Source of the DNA: Magallana gigas
Taxonomy: Eukaryota
Reading direction: 5' to 3'
Length of the DNA: 64,000 bases
Assembly: GCF_963853765.1 (NCBI RefSeq)
Contig: NC_088854.1
Coordinates: 13,144,001 to 13,208,000, forward strand
Shown here: positions 25,132 through 37,256 of the stretch, in pieces
Layout: every line of letters begins with the position of its first letter
Numbering within the stretch: position 1 is the first letter of the stretch
Notes under the pieces: model-generated
Told to the model about the DNA's origin: nothing
Databases searched by the model: none
Seen by the model: the letters and a program-made list of their open reading frames with translations, nothing else
Made by a program: the position numbers and the translations under genes

Positions 25132-26987
25132 ATATTTTTCAATTTTGTATTTGTTATATAGATAAAATAACAGCCCTGATAGACTAGGCAGTATATCTTT
25201 TTTCAGACAGCAAAATAAATATTGTTTTGTATACAAAATTATAAAGTTTACAACTTTATTGTCTTTTGACAATGGGAGTTCACCAAATAAAATATTGATA
25301 ACATTGAAATCAATTCGTATAGAAGTATATTGGTAAATATGCATGCTTAGGTTGCTCCAAATTGTTGATATTTTTTCACAGCTTACAAAAACATGTTGGA
25401 TTGTCTCAACATCCCGTTCACAGAAGGAACAGCAATCAGAAGATACAACATTGATTTTTTTCAAATAGTAATTTACAGGAAGAATTCTATGAAGTAATCT
25501 GTATTGTAACCATTGAAAAGATGAGTCATGGTTGTCTTAAAACATACATTAAAAGCATCATAAACACAAATTTCTACCCCATATTGTACCAACTCTGAAT
25601 TCCACTTAAGCATTGCAGTTGGGGTTATTTTACAGGCAATTAGTTGTTTGTAGATGGGTTTTGTACATTTGTCTTGCAAAAGAAAAGGTTTGTAATATAA
25701 TGGAATATATGGAGTAAAGGATCTCTTAAATAAACATTTGATATATACTGGTAGAGAGGATTTTAGATATGTTGATATAGCACTAACTATACTGTTGTAT
25801 TGCATTGTACAAATATGCTAATCAATTTTTTTTATAAAACATACATGTGACAAAAAATTTCCAATATCATCTAGAAGGTCATTGATGACCTTTACACCTT
25901 TTTTGTACCAACTTTTTATAAACAATGTTTTCATACCAACTCTAATATGACTATTATACCAAATAGGCATAAATAAAAAGTTTTCTTCAATATAATTATC
26001 ATCAAAAGATTTTATAACATAGAGCATTGATTTAAATACATCTTTCCAAAAATTATTATTTTTGGGAATAACACATTCAGTAATAAATGCATCACCAAAA
26101 TCAAGTAACAAGTTGACAAAGTCTTCACCATTAATGGCCTTCAATATGGAAGTCCATGACCTATGTCCAACAATTAATCTTTTAATCCATGAACATTTTA
26201 ATGACAGAATAAACTTGTTAATATACAACTTTTTTAAACCGCCTCTTTGATATACTTGAATAACCACTGCACGTTTTATTTTATCACATTTGGCATTCCA
26301 AAAAAAATTCAAAAATATCTTTGTTCAATGTGGTGATTACCTCTTTAGGAGTAGGTAAATACATAAATAAATGATTGATTTTTGGAAAAACTAGATATTT
26401 CACTACCGTCACACGTCCAATTGGTGTAAGGTTTCTTCTTTTCCATTGTTGAAGCATGCTTTTAATTTTTGGAACTTGTATAGAATAGTTTAACTCAGTA
26501 ACTTTTTCAAGATCGTCAGAAAAGTTAATACCCAGTAAACTAAACGTTGTTGAGCCCCAATCTAGTTTCCATCTCGTGTGGTGAAAGACCTGATTTGAGA
26601 ATTTTTTTTAGCCAATCCATATAATATTTGTTTTTGAACTATTTATTTTCAACCCAGAAATGTTTGAATAAAAGTCTAGAGTATCTAAAGATGCAAATAG
26701 TGAAGTAGGTTAACCATCCAAAATAAGAGCTGTGTCATCTGCATATTGACTTATTTAATGTTCTTTACTGTTTATTGTAATACCCTTTATTTTATTGTTT
26801 TATTTAATAAGAATTGAAAGTATTTCAGCACAAAGGAGGAATAAATAGGGTGCAAAAGGGTCTCCCTGTCTACAACCTCTTTCAATAGAGAAGTAATTAG
26901 ATAAAAAGCCACTTTGCAACACTGAAGCCTTAAAATTTATGTTTAATATTTTAACCCACTGGATTATATAATTACCAAAACCATAAC
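25132..26987 (-). mobile_element. Decayed L1/Tx1-clade LINE fragment (RT C-terminal half plus zf-RVT) flanked by a 14-bp direct repeat
   Basis: Minus-strand motifs ERGCRQGDPFAPYLFLLCAEIL (about 26820-26885), SQYADDT (about 26730-26750), FFWNAK..IKR..GGL..SLKCSWIKRL and CSFCERDVETIQHVFVSC, with stops and frameshifts. agcatcacggaatt occurs at 25118-25131 and 26988-27001. Confidence 0.9.
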
Positions 26988-28625
26988 AGCATCACGGAAT
27001 TTTTTTAAAAATAAATATCTGAAACTCTCAAAAATGAAATATCTTTCTCTCATGAATGTATTACTCGGGTACATACATACACAGATAACTTGGGAACAGG
27101 CAACATGTTATGTATGCTATTTATTCTCCATGCTCATTACAGATGTCAAAGGGAGTTGACACAATTTTCAATACCCTAGTCCTCTACTAGTGATACATTC
27201 AAAAACATAATCAAGTACAAGTATATAGTAAATGAAATATGGTATAATATTGTCATATTTACAATTAGTATTCAAATTAATATCCGTAGAATAAATGTTT
27301 AATAATGTCATTTTTGTAAAATATGTAAATAAATGAAAAAAAAAACCCCAAATTCAAATACATGTAGATAAATGTAATAAATTTTTTATTCTTCCAAATT
27401 AACTTTACTAAACTTAAGCCACATTTTCATTTTCTTGCTGTATCCTATATTCTATCACTTGTTGCAAACGTCGTTAAAGTAGATACATGTTGGATTGATA
27501 AGGAGGGATAAATCAACATTGACGTAAATTCAAGGATGTTTTAATTTGAATTTGAAAGAATACTAGTAATTATAAATAGATTCGTCAGTTTTTCCAGCAT
27601 TGTTTTAATTTAATTGTATAACAGTTCTTTTCTCTATGGAAGCATATATCATGAGCTTTTTAGGTTGCATAAGAATTATATTCAAATAATAAAATGTTTT
27701 ATTATTAATCTTTACCCGACCTCCTTACATTTAGTTGTAAAATCAATCGATTGCTTTCTACCTTGGCTGAAGTATACTTGAAATCACTAAGTAAATTTTA
27801 CGTGTGTAAAGAAAAATATATCTTATCTTTTTATTAGTTTCTTTATTTTTAATTTGCTATCTGCACTTGCAGCTGCAAGACCTAATTAACAAGTGGATGA
27901 TTTAACTGACGTTTAAAGCCAGTGCAAGAACGTATATACATGCATTTACTTCAAGATGGGTAAAGTTTGTTTTGATTGCTTCCCTTGTGCTCTGAGTGCA
28001 TTTTTATGGAATTTCCCACGATTTCATTTGAAATAAAAATCAAGTTTTGTTTGTAAGTATGACAAATAAGAAGGTTTTTTTTTATAAGTACAATGCAACT
28101 TGAATTATACCCTTGTGTTTTCATTTCTGGAAAATATTGTCAGTTGAAGCGTTCAGTCTGAAATAGCTATGAACACAATTTCTCCGTTTTACAGGTGCAT
28201 ACGTCATATAGAGACATGGTGATAATTTTACTTCAAACAAATTACAGAAAATAAGACTGTTGATTCTTTAAAAATAGGGAATTTTATGCACGTGTTAATG
28301 TATAGTATTGGAACTGTTGAATAAAGGTTCATGTTCATACAGTGCATGCTAGGAAAAGATAATACGGATTCTCTTTCCTACGTAAATAACTTATTGTCGG
28401 CGTATCAAGAGATTCACTAGAGTAAAACAGGGTATCAGTTCATGAAACAATCTGTCAAGAAGAGGATTTTGATAGAAATATTCTATCCAAAAATGGGAAA
28501 GAAACATGTTGGCGACAGACATATGTGGAGCTTGGTATCAAGATACATATAATAACCAAAGTACTGAAGTACTGAAAGCCGGGCTCTTTTGGTGTGTCTT
28601 CATGCATATTGTGTAGTAAAGACTT

Positions 28626-28629
<4 letters not shown>

Positions 28630-28673
<44 letters not shown>
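28630..28673. repeat. (CT)n microsatellite
   Basis: About 21 perfect CT units. Confidence 0.95.
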
Positions 28674-28675
<2 letters not shown>

Positions 28676-29190
28676 GCATTTAAATGTCGGCAAAGCGTCA
28701 GAGAGCGACCAAATTTTGTAAGCGGCTATAAACAAAAATAAGTCTGTCTAGTAGAAAAAAGTTCAACAGTTGCTGCTTTCAATTTTGCAACAAGTGATAT
28801 ATATTCAATCCCCATTTCTTCATCGCGCAGCAAAGTAGTTCATGGAAATTCATGCGCATTGTATGTGTCCAAAATGCAGTCTTGTTTTTTAAAACACATT
28901 ATTAATAGGAAAATAAAAAAAAGAAACAAAATGCCAACACTTTTGACAAAACTATTTGGTATAGCGGAAACTTTTGCTTCGACGCTGTTTGGTTTTTTGT
29001 TTACTTTTGAAGTTGTGCTATTTATAGTAACATTGGCGATATGTCTGCCTACAGTCAGGACTCTGTTTTCGGCTAAAAACAAGTCTAGCTGCATAGGAGT
29101 CACGAAATTGTTATATTTTATTTTATCTTTTATTTTTGTATTTTATCTTTGTTTTTACAAATTGCAATGATTTTTTAAAAGGTATTACTA

Positions 29191-29520
29191 TTTTAATGTC
29201 TCCTCACCCAAACCAAAGACTCAAGTGAGCTTTTCTCATCAAAATTTGTCCATTGTCTGTCGTCGGCGTTGTTGTCGTTGCATAAACTAGTCACATTTTC
29301 ATCTACTATATCAAAACAACTAAGCCAATTTTAACCAAATTTTGCACAAAGCAATATTGAGTGAAGGAAATTTCAAATTTGTTCAAATGAATTGCCACAC
29401 ACTCTTTAAAATGGGGATGATAAAGAACAAGATAAACATTTGTTGATATTTTTCAAAATTCTTCTTCTCAAAAACCATAGGGACCTGAAGCTCTCTCAGA
29501 AGCATCCTCAGGTGGAGTAG
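29191..29520 (+). mobile_element. Degenerate Helentron-associated (HINE/DINE-1-like) element fragment with one satellite-like unit
   Basis: 5' ctcacc...ctcaagtgagcttttct..tcaaaatttgtcc followed by a gtc/gtt microsatellite. The body resembles recalled oyster Cg170/HINE repeats (recognised from memory, not database-checked). Confidence 0.55.
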
Positions 29521-30258
29521 ATACAAAACCCTCAAATTTTATGTACTATTTAATTTTTATATAGATTTTTTTTTAATTTAAACAAAGTTAATAGCAACTA
29601 GCACAATACTGATTGACATAATTAATCAAAACTTGATTAAGTGAAACTAACACCGATATTTATGCCAGGTAAGCATAGTATGTAGTTTAAAATCCATGAG
29701 AAATACCAATCATTTGGTTCCATCATTTTATTGTAGGATGGTAGAAAACCGAAAAAAAAACACCAACAAGCAAAGGTGTTTTCGTCAGTGTATGTGGCCG
29801 TAGCCCACAATAAAACAATAACACATACAATCCTAAATTATCGGTTATCATTTATTGTATTAGGGATGTTTTATATTGCAACAAACCCCTTTTTCTGATT
29901 TCAGGAGATTTTAGATTTCATAAAATTAAATTTTCATCAAAAATCAAATTAAACCAAAAACAATATAAATCGTAATAAATATGTAAATATTTACACAAAA
30001 CGACCAAAGATTAAGTTGTAGGCATTTTCAAAAACATCATAAAACAATTATGACTGTTTGATCAAAACAAAGCAATAAGGATTACATGCATTCTTTTGCA
30101 GTTGTTGATTAAGCGTTTGTTAATCATATACCGTACATATTGTAAATTCAATATGAGATTCCGGTCTCTTAATCTATATCCTCTTTAAAGCTGCCTGATA
30201 TTTGTTATGTTCATAACTCCCAATATTATGCATTCTTCGTGTTTTTCTCGGAATCAGG

Positions 30259-31776
30259 CTACGGACCGTGTCGAAACGATCTTGCATCGGTTTCGTTACC
30301 GACTTTGGAGAAGGTTTTCTTTTTCCATGTACAGCAATGAATTACCAGGCAAATCATTGAGGTAATGAAAACGCCCCCACCTGCAGCAGCAACCATCATG
30401 TAAATCGTATTTATGGAGAATATACCTTCCACCGTCTTTGATGTCATTTTCAAATTGTTTCCTGTAGATAGTACTGGAGCGATCTTTTTCGCTGGCGTCT
30501 GCTTAACGATGGTAGTTTTTTCGGTGGTTGTAGTCGGAGTGGTGGTCTTGGTTGTAGGAGGAATGGTTTTCCTGGTGGTATTATTGTTTGTTGTGGTTGA
30601 GATAGTACTCATGGTAGTGGTACTGGTTGTGGTGATGGTAGTTGTAGTTGGAACATCAGTCACAATCAATTGCATGTTGACCTTATTCTGCTTTTTTACA
30701 TTGTTAGCCTGAATCGTCCACTGGCCGTTGTCATCAACGTCCAATGACTTTATGGTAAGGACACCTGTCTCAGATACTTCGTAATTTGGATAATCATAGT
30801 TATAATGCCTCAACTCCGTCTTGTCAGGCTTTGTCCATATGACGTCAGGGAAAGGGTCTCCTCCGAATGTACATGAAATATTGAGGCTGGAGTGATACTT
30901 GCCGGTACTTGAAGTTGAAGTGCAACTTACAGATGCCGGTACACAGGTTAGCTGGGAGGATGGGACATTTACAATGGACATGTATTGGAGAGATTCTGGT
31001 GTACTACACGTGACAGATTCCGGTATAGGACTAGGAAGCACTTTTACCCACTCCAAGGCACAGGTGCATTTCCAATCATTGTCATTTAAGTGGATACTAT
31101 TTATGTGAGGTAATGTCATTATTGATGAATTGGAAAGTTCCGTAAAAATGTTTCCGGAAATGTCGATATAAGCCAGATTTGTAGGGGTCTTGGTGAAGCT
31201 CCAGTCCAACTGCTTTAGTTTGTTTCCATGAAGGTCTAAGACCTTCAATATTGGAAGACGGTTTAATAAGCGTTTGTCCAGTTTCTTTAAGCCCATCTCT
31301 GCCAGATATAATTCTGTCAATCTTCCTAAATCGTTGAAAGCAGACAATTGTAATTCAGTGCCATTATTTCCAGACAAATTCAAAACGTTGAGTCTTGTTA
31401 ACCCCTTTAACGTGTTTTGTGCTATTTCGCCAATTTTGTTGAAAGAAAGTTCCAGTGTGATCAACGTTGGTGGCAAAGAGCAGCTTGTTATGGATTCTAC
31501 ATTGCTGAAAGCCATATAAAGTCTCTCCAGTTTCTGGAAGGAATTTAGATGGCTGCTCTCAATCGATGGAATCTGGTTTCGAGAGGAAAAGGTGCCACTG
31601 AGTTGTAATGAAGTGAAATGACTTGGGAAGGCTGACGGAAAGCTGGTTAATCCTGGTCTGCAAATACCAAACACATTGGAGCATTGGCACGATGTTGGAC
31701 AAGAAGATTCAACATTCCCAAAACTCACAACATTAAGTACACATGAAATCGCTGTTATTTTTCTTTTATTTTCCAT
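30259..31776 (-). CDS. LIG2: LRR-Ig-mucin-TM receptor (505 aa) with frameshifted cytoplasmic tail
   Basis: ATG at 31776 (MENKRK...); same domain order as LIG1. An extra base at 30315-30318 relative to LIG3/4 shifts the tail. Confidence 0.88.
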   Translation of the reverse strand: MENKRKITAISCVLNVVSFGNVESSCPTSCQCSNVFGICRPGLTSFPSAFPSHFTSLQLSGTFSSRNQIPSIESSHLNSFQKLERLYMAFSNVESITSCSLPPTLITLELSFNKIGEIAQNTLKGLTRLNVLNLSGNNGTELQLSAFNDLGRLTELYLAEMGLKKLDKRLLNRLPILKVLDLHGNKLKQLDWSFTKTPTNLAYIDISGNIFTELSNSSIMTLPHINSIHLNDNDWKCTCALEWVKVLPSPIPESVTCSTPESLQYMSIVNVPSSQLTCVPASVSCTSTSSTGKYHSSLNISCTFGGDPFPDVIWTKPDKTELRHYNYDYPNYEVSETGVLTIKSLDVDDNGQWTIQANNVKKQNKVNMQLIVTDVPTTTTITTTSTTTMSTISTTTNNNTTRKTIPPTTKTTTPTTTTEKTTIVKQTPAKKIAPVLSTGNNLKMTSKTVEGIFSINTIYMMVAAAGGGVFITSMICLVIHCCTWKKKTFSKVGNETDARSFRHGP

Positions 31777-32429
31777 CTTTGTTAAGAAAAAATTCGAAGG
31801 CTCATTAATTCCCAAATTATGTCAACTGTTTTAACCGGTGCCTTTCACTGAGTGTTGCGGCTTCAGTGTGACGGCATGTCCTGTTAAGGGTTGATATGGG
31901 GAGTGATAATACGGTTCGAGGATTTATTCAAAACATTTGATCACCTGACCAGGACATGTTTAAAAAACAAAAAGCTCATAAATTCATGTAATATGCACAA
32001 GATCACCACAGGTAACGAGACATTTTAGATATTTAACATTTCTATCAATTAAAGGGCATTGATTTAAACACATTTTACTTGCATATGTCAAATGGATTGG
32101 ACACAATTTTCAATATCCTAGTCCTCTACTGGTGATGCATTTAGAAATATAATCAAGTATATAATAAATGATAAATGATATAGTAATATTGTTGTGATAT
32201 ATACATGTAGTATTCAAATTCATATATGTACATTGAATGTTTATTTATGTCTTTTTTTTTTCAAATACAAATAAATAACAAAATAAACACATCCAAATAG
32301 ATATATTTGATGGTTGTTTTATTCTTCCTCATTCTTTTAAAAAATTTACGGCGCTTGTTAACTAAAATTTTGATCAATTTATTGAAATATACACTTATTA
32401 CATGCGTTAATAAGAATAAAACAACCAGT

Positions 32430-32432
<3 letters not shown>

Positions 32433-32493
<61 letters not shown>
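32433..32493. repeat. (GA)n microsatellite
   Basis: About 30 perfect AG units; shorter tracts at about 34768-34793 and 35640-35670. Confidence 0.95.
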
Positions 32494-32496
<3 letters not shown>

Positions 32497-33793
32497 GGGC
32501 TTTATACGTTAGGCACAAAAACCTATGCCTTGCTTTTAGATGCAATAAACTTTAAAACCAACAATTTTAAAGGCTATGCTAAATCAAGAATGATTTCATG
32601 TACTTACTATATGAAAAGGTGTGAATCCCCTTTAAAAAACTGTTCTAAGAGCCGCTGTTCATTGGCTGTTGTTTTAATAAGGAAAAGAACGATTTTGGGT
32701 GTTTGGGTTAAGGTTACTTGTAGATTATGTGTAATTGTTAAAATCGCACGTGCATCGAAAAAGTTATTTTTAAAACCAGCAATGTGTCTAGCTATAGTTT
32801 CTTTCCACAATACACTCTCTGCTTAAAGTATGAATATGTCGGCATAAATCTACTAATGTTCCAGATGTTATTTCTCAAAAGTAGCATATTAATTGGTAAA
32901 TAAAACAATAAACACTTAAACAGAGTTCCAAATATGTTGATACTTACCGTAAAACAATATATTTTTCTTGTAGATTCAAATTTGTCCAATAATTTGAATG
33001 TTTTCAGTTTCAGTCAAATAATAGTTGACAAAATCCTTGTTAAGAAATTGATGATGTTTAAAACAAATGCAAATACTCATGATAAGTAAAAGATTGGAAA
33101 ACAATATGTGAATTATTTTAGGTAGCATAAGAAAAGATAAGATAAAACAAAACTATTATTACATTATTTTTTAATTTATTTATTTTTACCATACATGTGA
33201 AATTGTAATAATGTTTTAATAAAAAAATTAATACTATTATAAAATCCATTTTGTAATTTAATGCTTACCCAATTGTAATGCATAATCATTTTTACATGCA
33301 GAGGTTAAACTAAGAAAATTCATTATTTCAATTAGATTTACGACAATGCCTACCTCTTTGCAGCAAGAGTCCATATACGGATGTATTAACAATGATAGAA
33401 ATTAAAAAAGAAAACAATGATTAGAATTGTTTGATTTCGGTTCATTACATAATAGACGTCCCAACGTGGAAATAATGCTCCTCCTGAAGCTTACCTGAAT
33501 TTTAATTGTATATTTGTGTTTACAATGATAAAATTAGGCATCTTAACACTTCATTTACGGAACTTCTAATTTGTATAGAGTAGTTCATTTATATCTTCAC
33601 CCCACCCCCCCCCCCCCCCCAAAAAAAAATATGCTCCGTATTTTTATTTTAACTTATATAAGCGTAAAATAAAGATAAGTGTACAATAAATGCAATGTGA
33701 TACAGTAGTATCTATTGTCTAAATGTAACGATGTGTATGTTTATACATGTATCATATGTAATATATATTGTTTCGATGAATAATTGAAATTAA

Positions 33794-34290
33794 AGGGGCA
33801 TGGTCACGATTTTCGTCAAATTTTATTTTTCTGTTTTTATGATTTGCAGTGCTTTAGAAATGCATTTCTAATGATCAAATGAAAATTGGGTGCCAGTCGT
33901 TGAGTTTTAAGAAAGATACAGGGCTTACAATTCTTCGTCATGTAAACAAGGCTCGTGCCCTGTTTTTGTTTATATATGTTCAATATACCAGTAAAAATCT
34001 TTTTAAAGATGGTTTGTCTATCTTATTATTGATTTTAAGCATAAATAAACGGTTCCTCACGATTAACACATTCATTTTAGGTCTAAAACTGGAATTTTCA
34101 CTTCAACATTCAAAATGTAAACAAACGCGTTGTTTACATAGCGAAGAATTGTAAGCTCTGTAACTCGTTTATAACTCATCAAATGACACTCAAATTATGG
34201 TTGCCTATTAAAAATACCTTACTGAAGCAAAGCATTGTAAACATTTAAATCGAAAAAATAATTTTTGACCCAAATCGTGACAATGCCCCT
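33794..34290. mobile_element. Kolobok-like MITE (TTAA TSD)
   Basis: 19-bp TIR aggggcatggtcacgattt / aaatcgtgacaatgcccct (1 mismatch), flanked by ttaa at 33790-33793 and 34291-34294. Purine-initiated termini fit Kolobok rather than piggyBac. Confidence 0.8.
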
Positions 34291-35637
34291 TTAAACTGAT
34301 ACTGAATTATCAACATGTTTTCGTTCTTTATAACTTTTCTCATTCGGCTCTTCTATTGGAATATCAATTTTCTATCCGTCTCTTATTATACACATAGTAA
34401 AGACCATTTATTCAGGAAATCAAGGAACGATAAAAAAGTTCATAATATGAGCTAATAATATGATTGTATTTCACGTAATCATATTTTCAATTTGTTGATC
34501 CATTCATAGTTTTCCGTTTAAAGTTATTTGATCCATGATAAATATTTTACCAGAAAACGTCGATAATGCAATGGAACTACAAGAACATTTAACATTTTAA
34601 AAGAAACAGCTTGGATGGTAGTTTGTGATGCTAGAGATTTGTATATTTAGGTCGTTCAGTATAAAGATATTCCTTTAAAACACATAGGACACACGAGACG
34701 TGGTTCAAATTAAGTATGCATTTCTAGGTTACAATTTCTATTAATTTTTTACCACTGAAAGATCATGAGAGAGAGAGAGAAAGAGAGAGAGAGATGCAAT
34801 ATTTCATTAGTTTTAGCTTCGTGTTTTCTTTCGAGATATTTACGAATATTTAAACTAAGTAAAATTTGGGTTGAATTATTTCCCTTTCACTTAAAGTTCT
34901 TGTTAAGAGCATTCTTTAAAGTTTAGAAAGAAGTTCAAATTCACAAAATTGACAAAAAATCCTGTTCTAGTTCCGAAAGCTATGACCTTTTTCACCCATA
35001 TCCTTAAATCTGAATAACATTTATCATAAATTATCAACATTTAAACAATCCAAACAATATTTTTGGGGGTTTTTTTTATAAACAAGATGCAACTTGAATC
35101 TAATTTGTCTGGAAAATGGCCCCACTCAATTATTAAGTTCTGAAGAATAACGTTTTACATATGACTGAGACATTATCTTAATTCAAACTATCTATAAGAA
35201 GTAAGCTAAGAAATGTTATTTATCTACCAAGACCTTTATTTATTGATATCATCGACATAAAACAATGGTGTTTTTAAAAATAATATAACAGTAAGTACGA
35301 CAAAAACAAAATCATGAATGATTTATTTTGAATTCCTGATCAAAATGTAATTATTATTTTGTAGGCTTTGCATACCTTTGCATTGCATACCTATATTGCA
35401 TACCTATAGAGAAATTCATTCAAATTGGTTGAAAATCTGAGCAAGGTTGGTTTCAAAATGAGCACATGTTTCATTGGTATCACGTAAATGAGTTTATAGA
35501 TTAAAAAAACAAATAGCTGAAACTCTCATCAATAAATGATTGTCTTTAATTAATGTATTGCTAATGTACATATATACACACGTACAACTTAATTTGGCAC
35601 AGCCAACATGTTATACATCCTACACACTATTAATTCT

Positions 35638-35672
<35 letters not shown>

Positions 35673-36454
35673 GACACACATTTAATATTCTTTTTCCTGT
35701 ATTCTATCACTTATTACATGCGTTGTTAACGTAGATAAACGTCTGATGAATCGCCTTTTAACTGACGTTTAAAGGCAAATCGAGAACGTACGTACACGCA
35801 ATAACTTGTTCTCCTTGCACTTTTCAAGCTCAAGTTTTAGGGAATTTTTCCTTGATTTCATTTGAAATAAAATGTTCAGTGGTAAGTGTGACGAAAGTTT
35901 AATTGTGTTTTATTAAGTATGATGCAACTTGAGTTATATCCTTGTTTTCATTTCTGGAAAATCGGTTCTGAAATTCTGAATTTGCTATGGACGCGATTTC
36001 TCAGTTTTCGTGCATATGTTAACATAGACATGATGATAATTTTACTTCAAGCAAATTTCAGAATATGCTCTACATGTGATATGAGACTATGTTAAAATAA
36101 AGGAGTCCTAACACATGTTGATTGATAGCATTGGAATTGTGTTTTTATGTTATACAGAGTTGTATGTTCATACAGGGCATGTTGAAAAGAGGAAAATATC
36201 AACCCCCCCCCTTTCGTGAATAACTTATAATTAGCATATTTAGGGATTCAATAGAGTAAAATATGATATCAGTTAATGAAATCAATCTCTCTAGAAGATA
36301 TCTTAACAAAAAAGAAAGATTTCAAAATGGTTCTTATAGGAAATAAATAGGTTGTGTCTTTGTCACGAACTGGTCTTGAATTTCTCAAATTTTATTTTAC
36401 TTTATCTTTGTGTTTACAACTTGCAATGCTTATCCAAGTATTACTAATATTATA

Positions 36455-36824
36455 TAAAAAGTGCCTGTTTGGGAGGGTAACAGTTGAAATTGACACCCCG
36501 AGAAAACCATTGTCAACCGACGCGAAGCGGAGGTTGACAATGGTTTTCGAGGGGTGTCAATTTCAACTGTTATCCTCCCAAACAGGCACTATTTATTTTG
36601 TTATACTGAATGTCTTTTTTAAAATTTTAAAGATAATTTTACTGCTTTTATATAGGAATCACGTGAATTCGACAGCGAACCGTACGCGCATAATTTTCGC
36701 GCATGTAACATTTTTTAATATTACCCGTTGCCAAGTGCGTTGCTAACGCTGAGGGCAATAGTAAATATTATTAACTGCGTCTTAACCAATCAGATTTCAG
36801 TATTTAACATGAAAGTATAACAAA
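36455..36824. mobile_element. ~370-bp hairpin-headed non-autonomous element, copy 1
   Basis: 131-bp near-perfect palindrome at 36460-36590 followed by a tail ending gaaagtataacaaa. Absent from the paralogous site near 48445. Confidence 0.7.
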
Positions 36825-36889
36825 TTGTATTATTAACTTTAGAATGTTGATCGTTGAGTTGCCAAATAATAATTCTTTGTTATGGTATT

Positions 36890-37256
36890 ATATTAATAGT
36901 GCCTGTTTGGGAGGGTAACAGTTGAAATTGACACCCCTCGAAAACCATTGTCAACCGACGCGAATCGAAGGTTGACAATGGTTTTCGAGGGGTGTCAATT
37001 TCAACTGTTATCCTCCGAAATAGGCACTATTTATTTTGTTATACTGAATGTCTTAATATTTAAGAAAATTTTACTGTTTTTATAAAGGAATAACATGAAT
37101 TCTACAGCAAACCGTACGCGCATAATTTTTGCGCATGTAACAATTTATAATGTTACCCGTTGCTAAGTGCGTTGCTAACGCTGAGGGTAATAGAACAGAT
37201 TATGAACTGCGTCTTAACCAATCAGATTTCAGTATTTAACATGAAAGTATAACAAA
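36890..37256. mobile_element. ~370-bp hairpin-headed non-autonomous element, copy 2
   Basis: Same palindrome (about 36897-37029) and same tail as copy 1. Absent from the paralogous site near 48505. Confidence 0.7.

Noticed and set aside
28455-32555. ORFs with ERERER/SLSLSL runs
   Set aside because: These are translations of GA/CT microsatellites.
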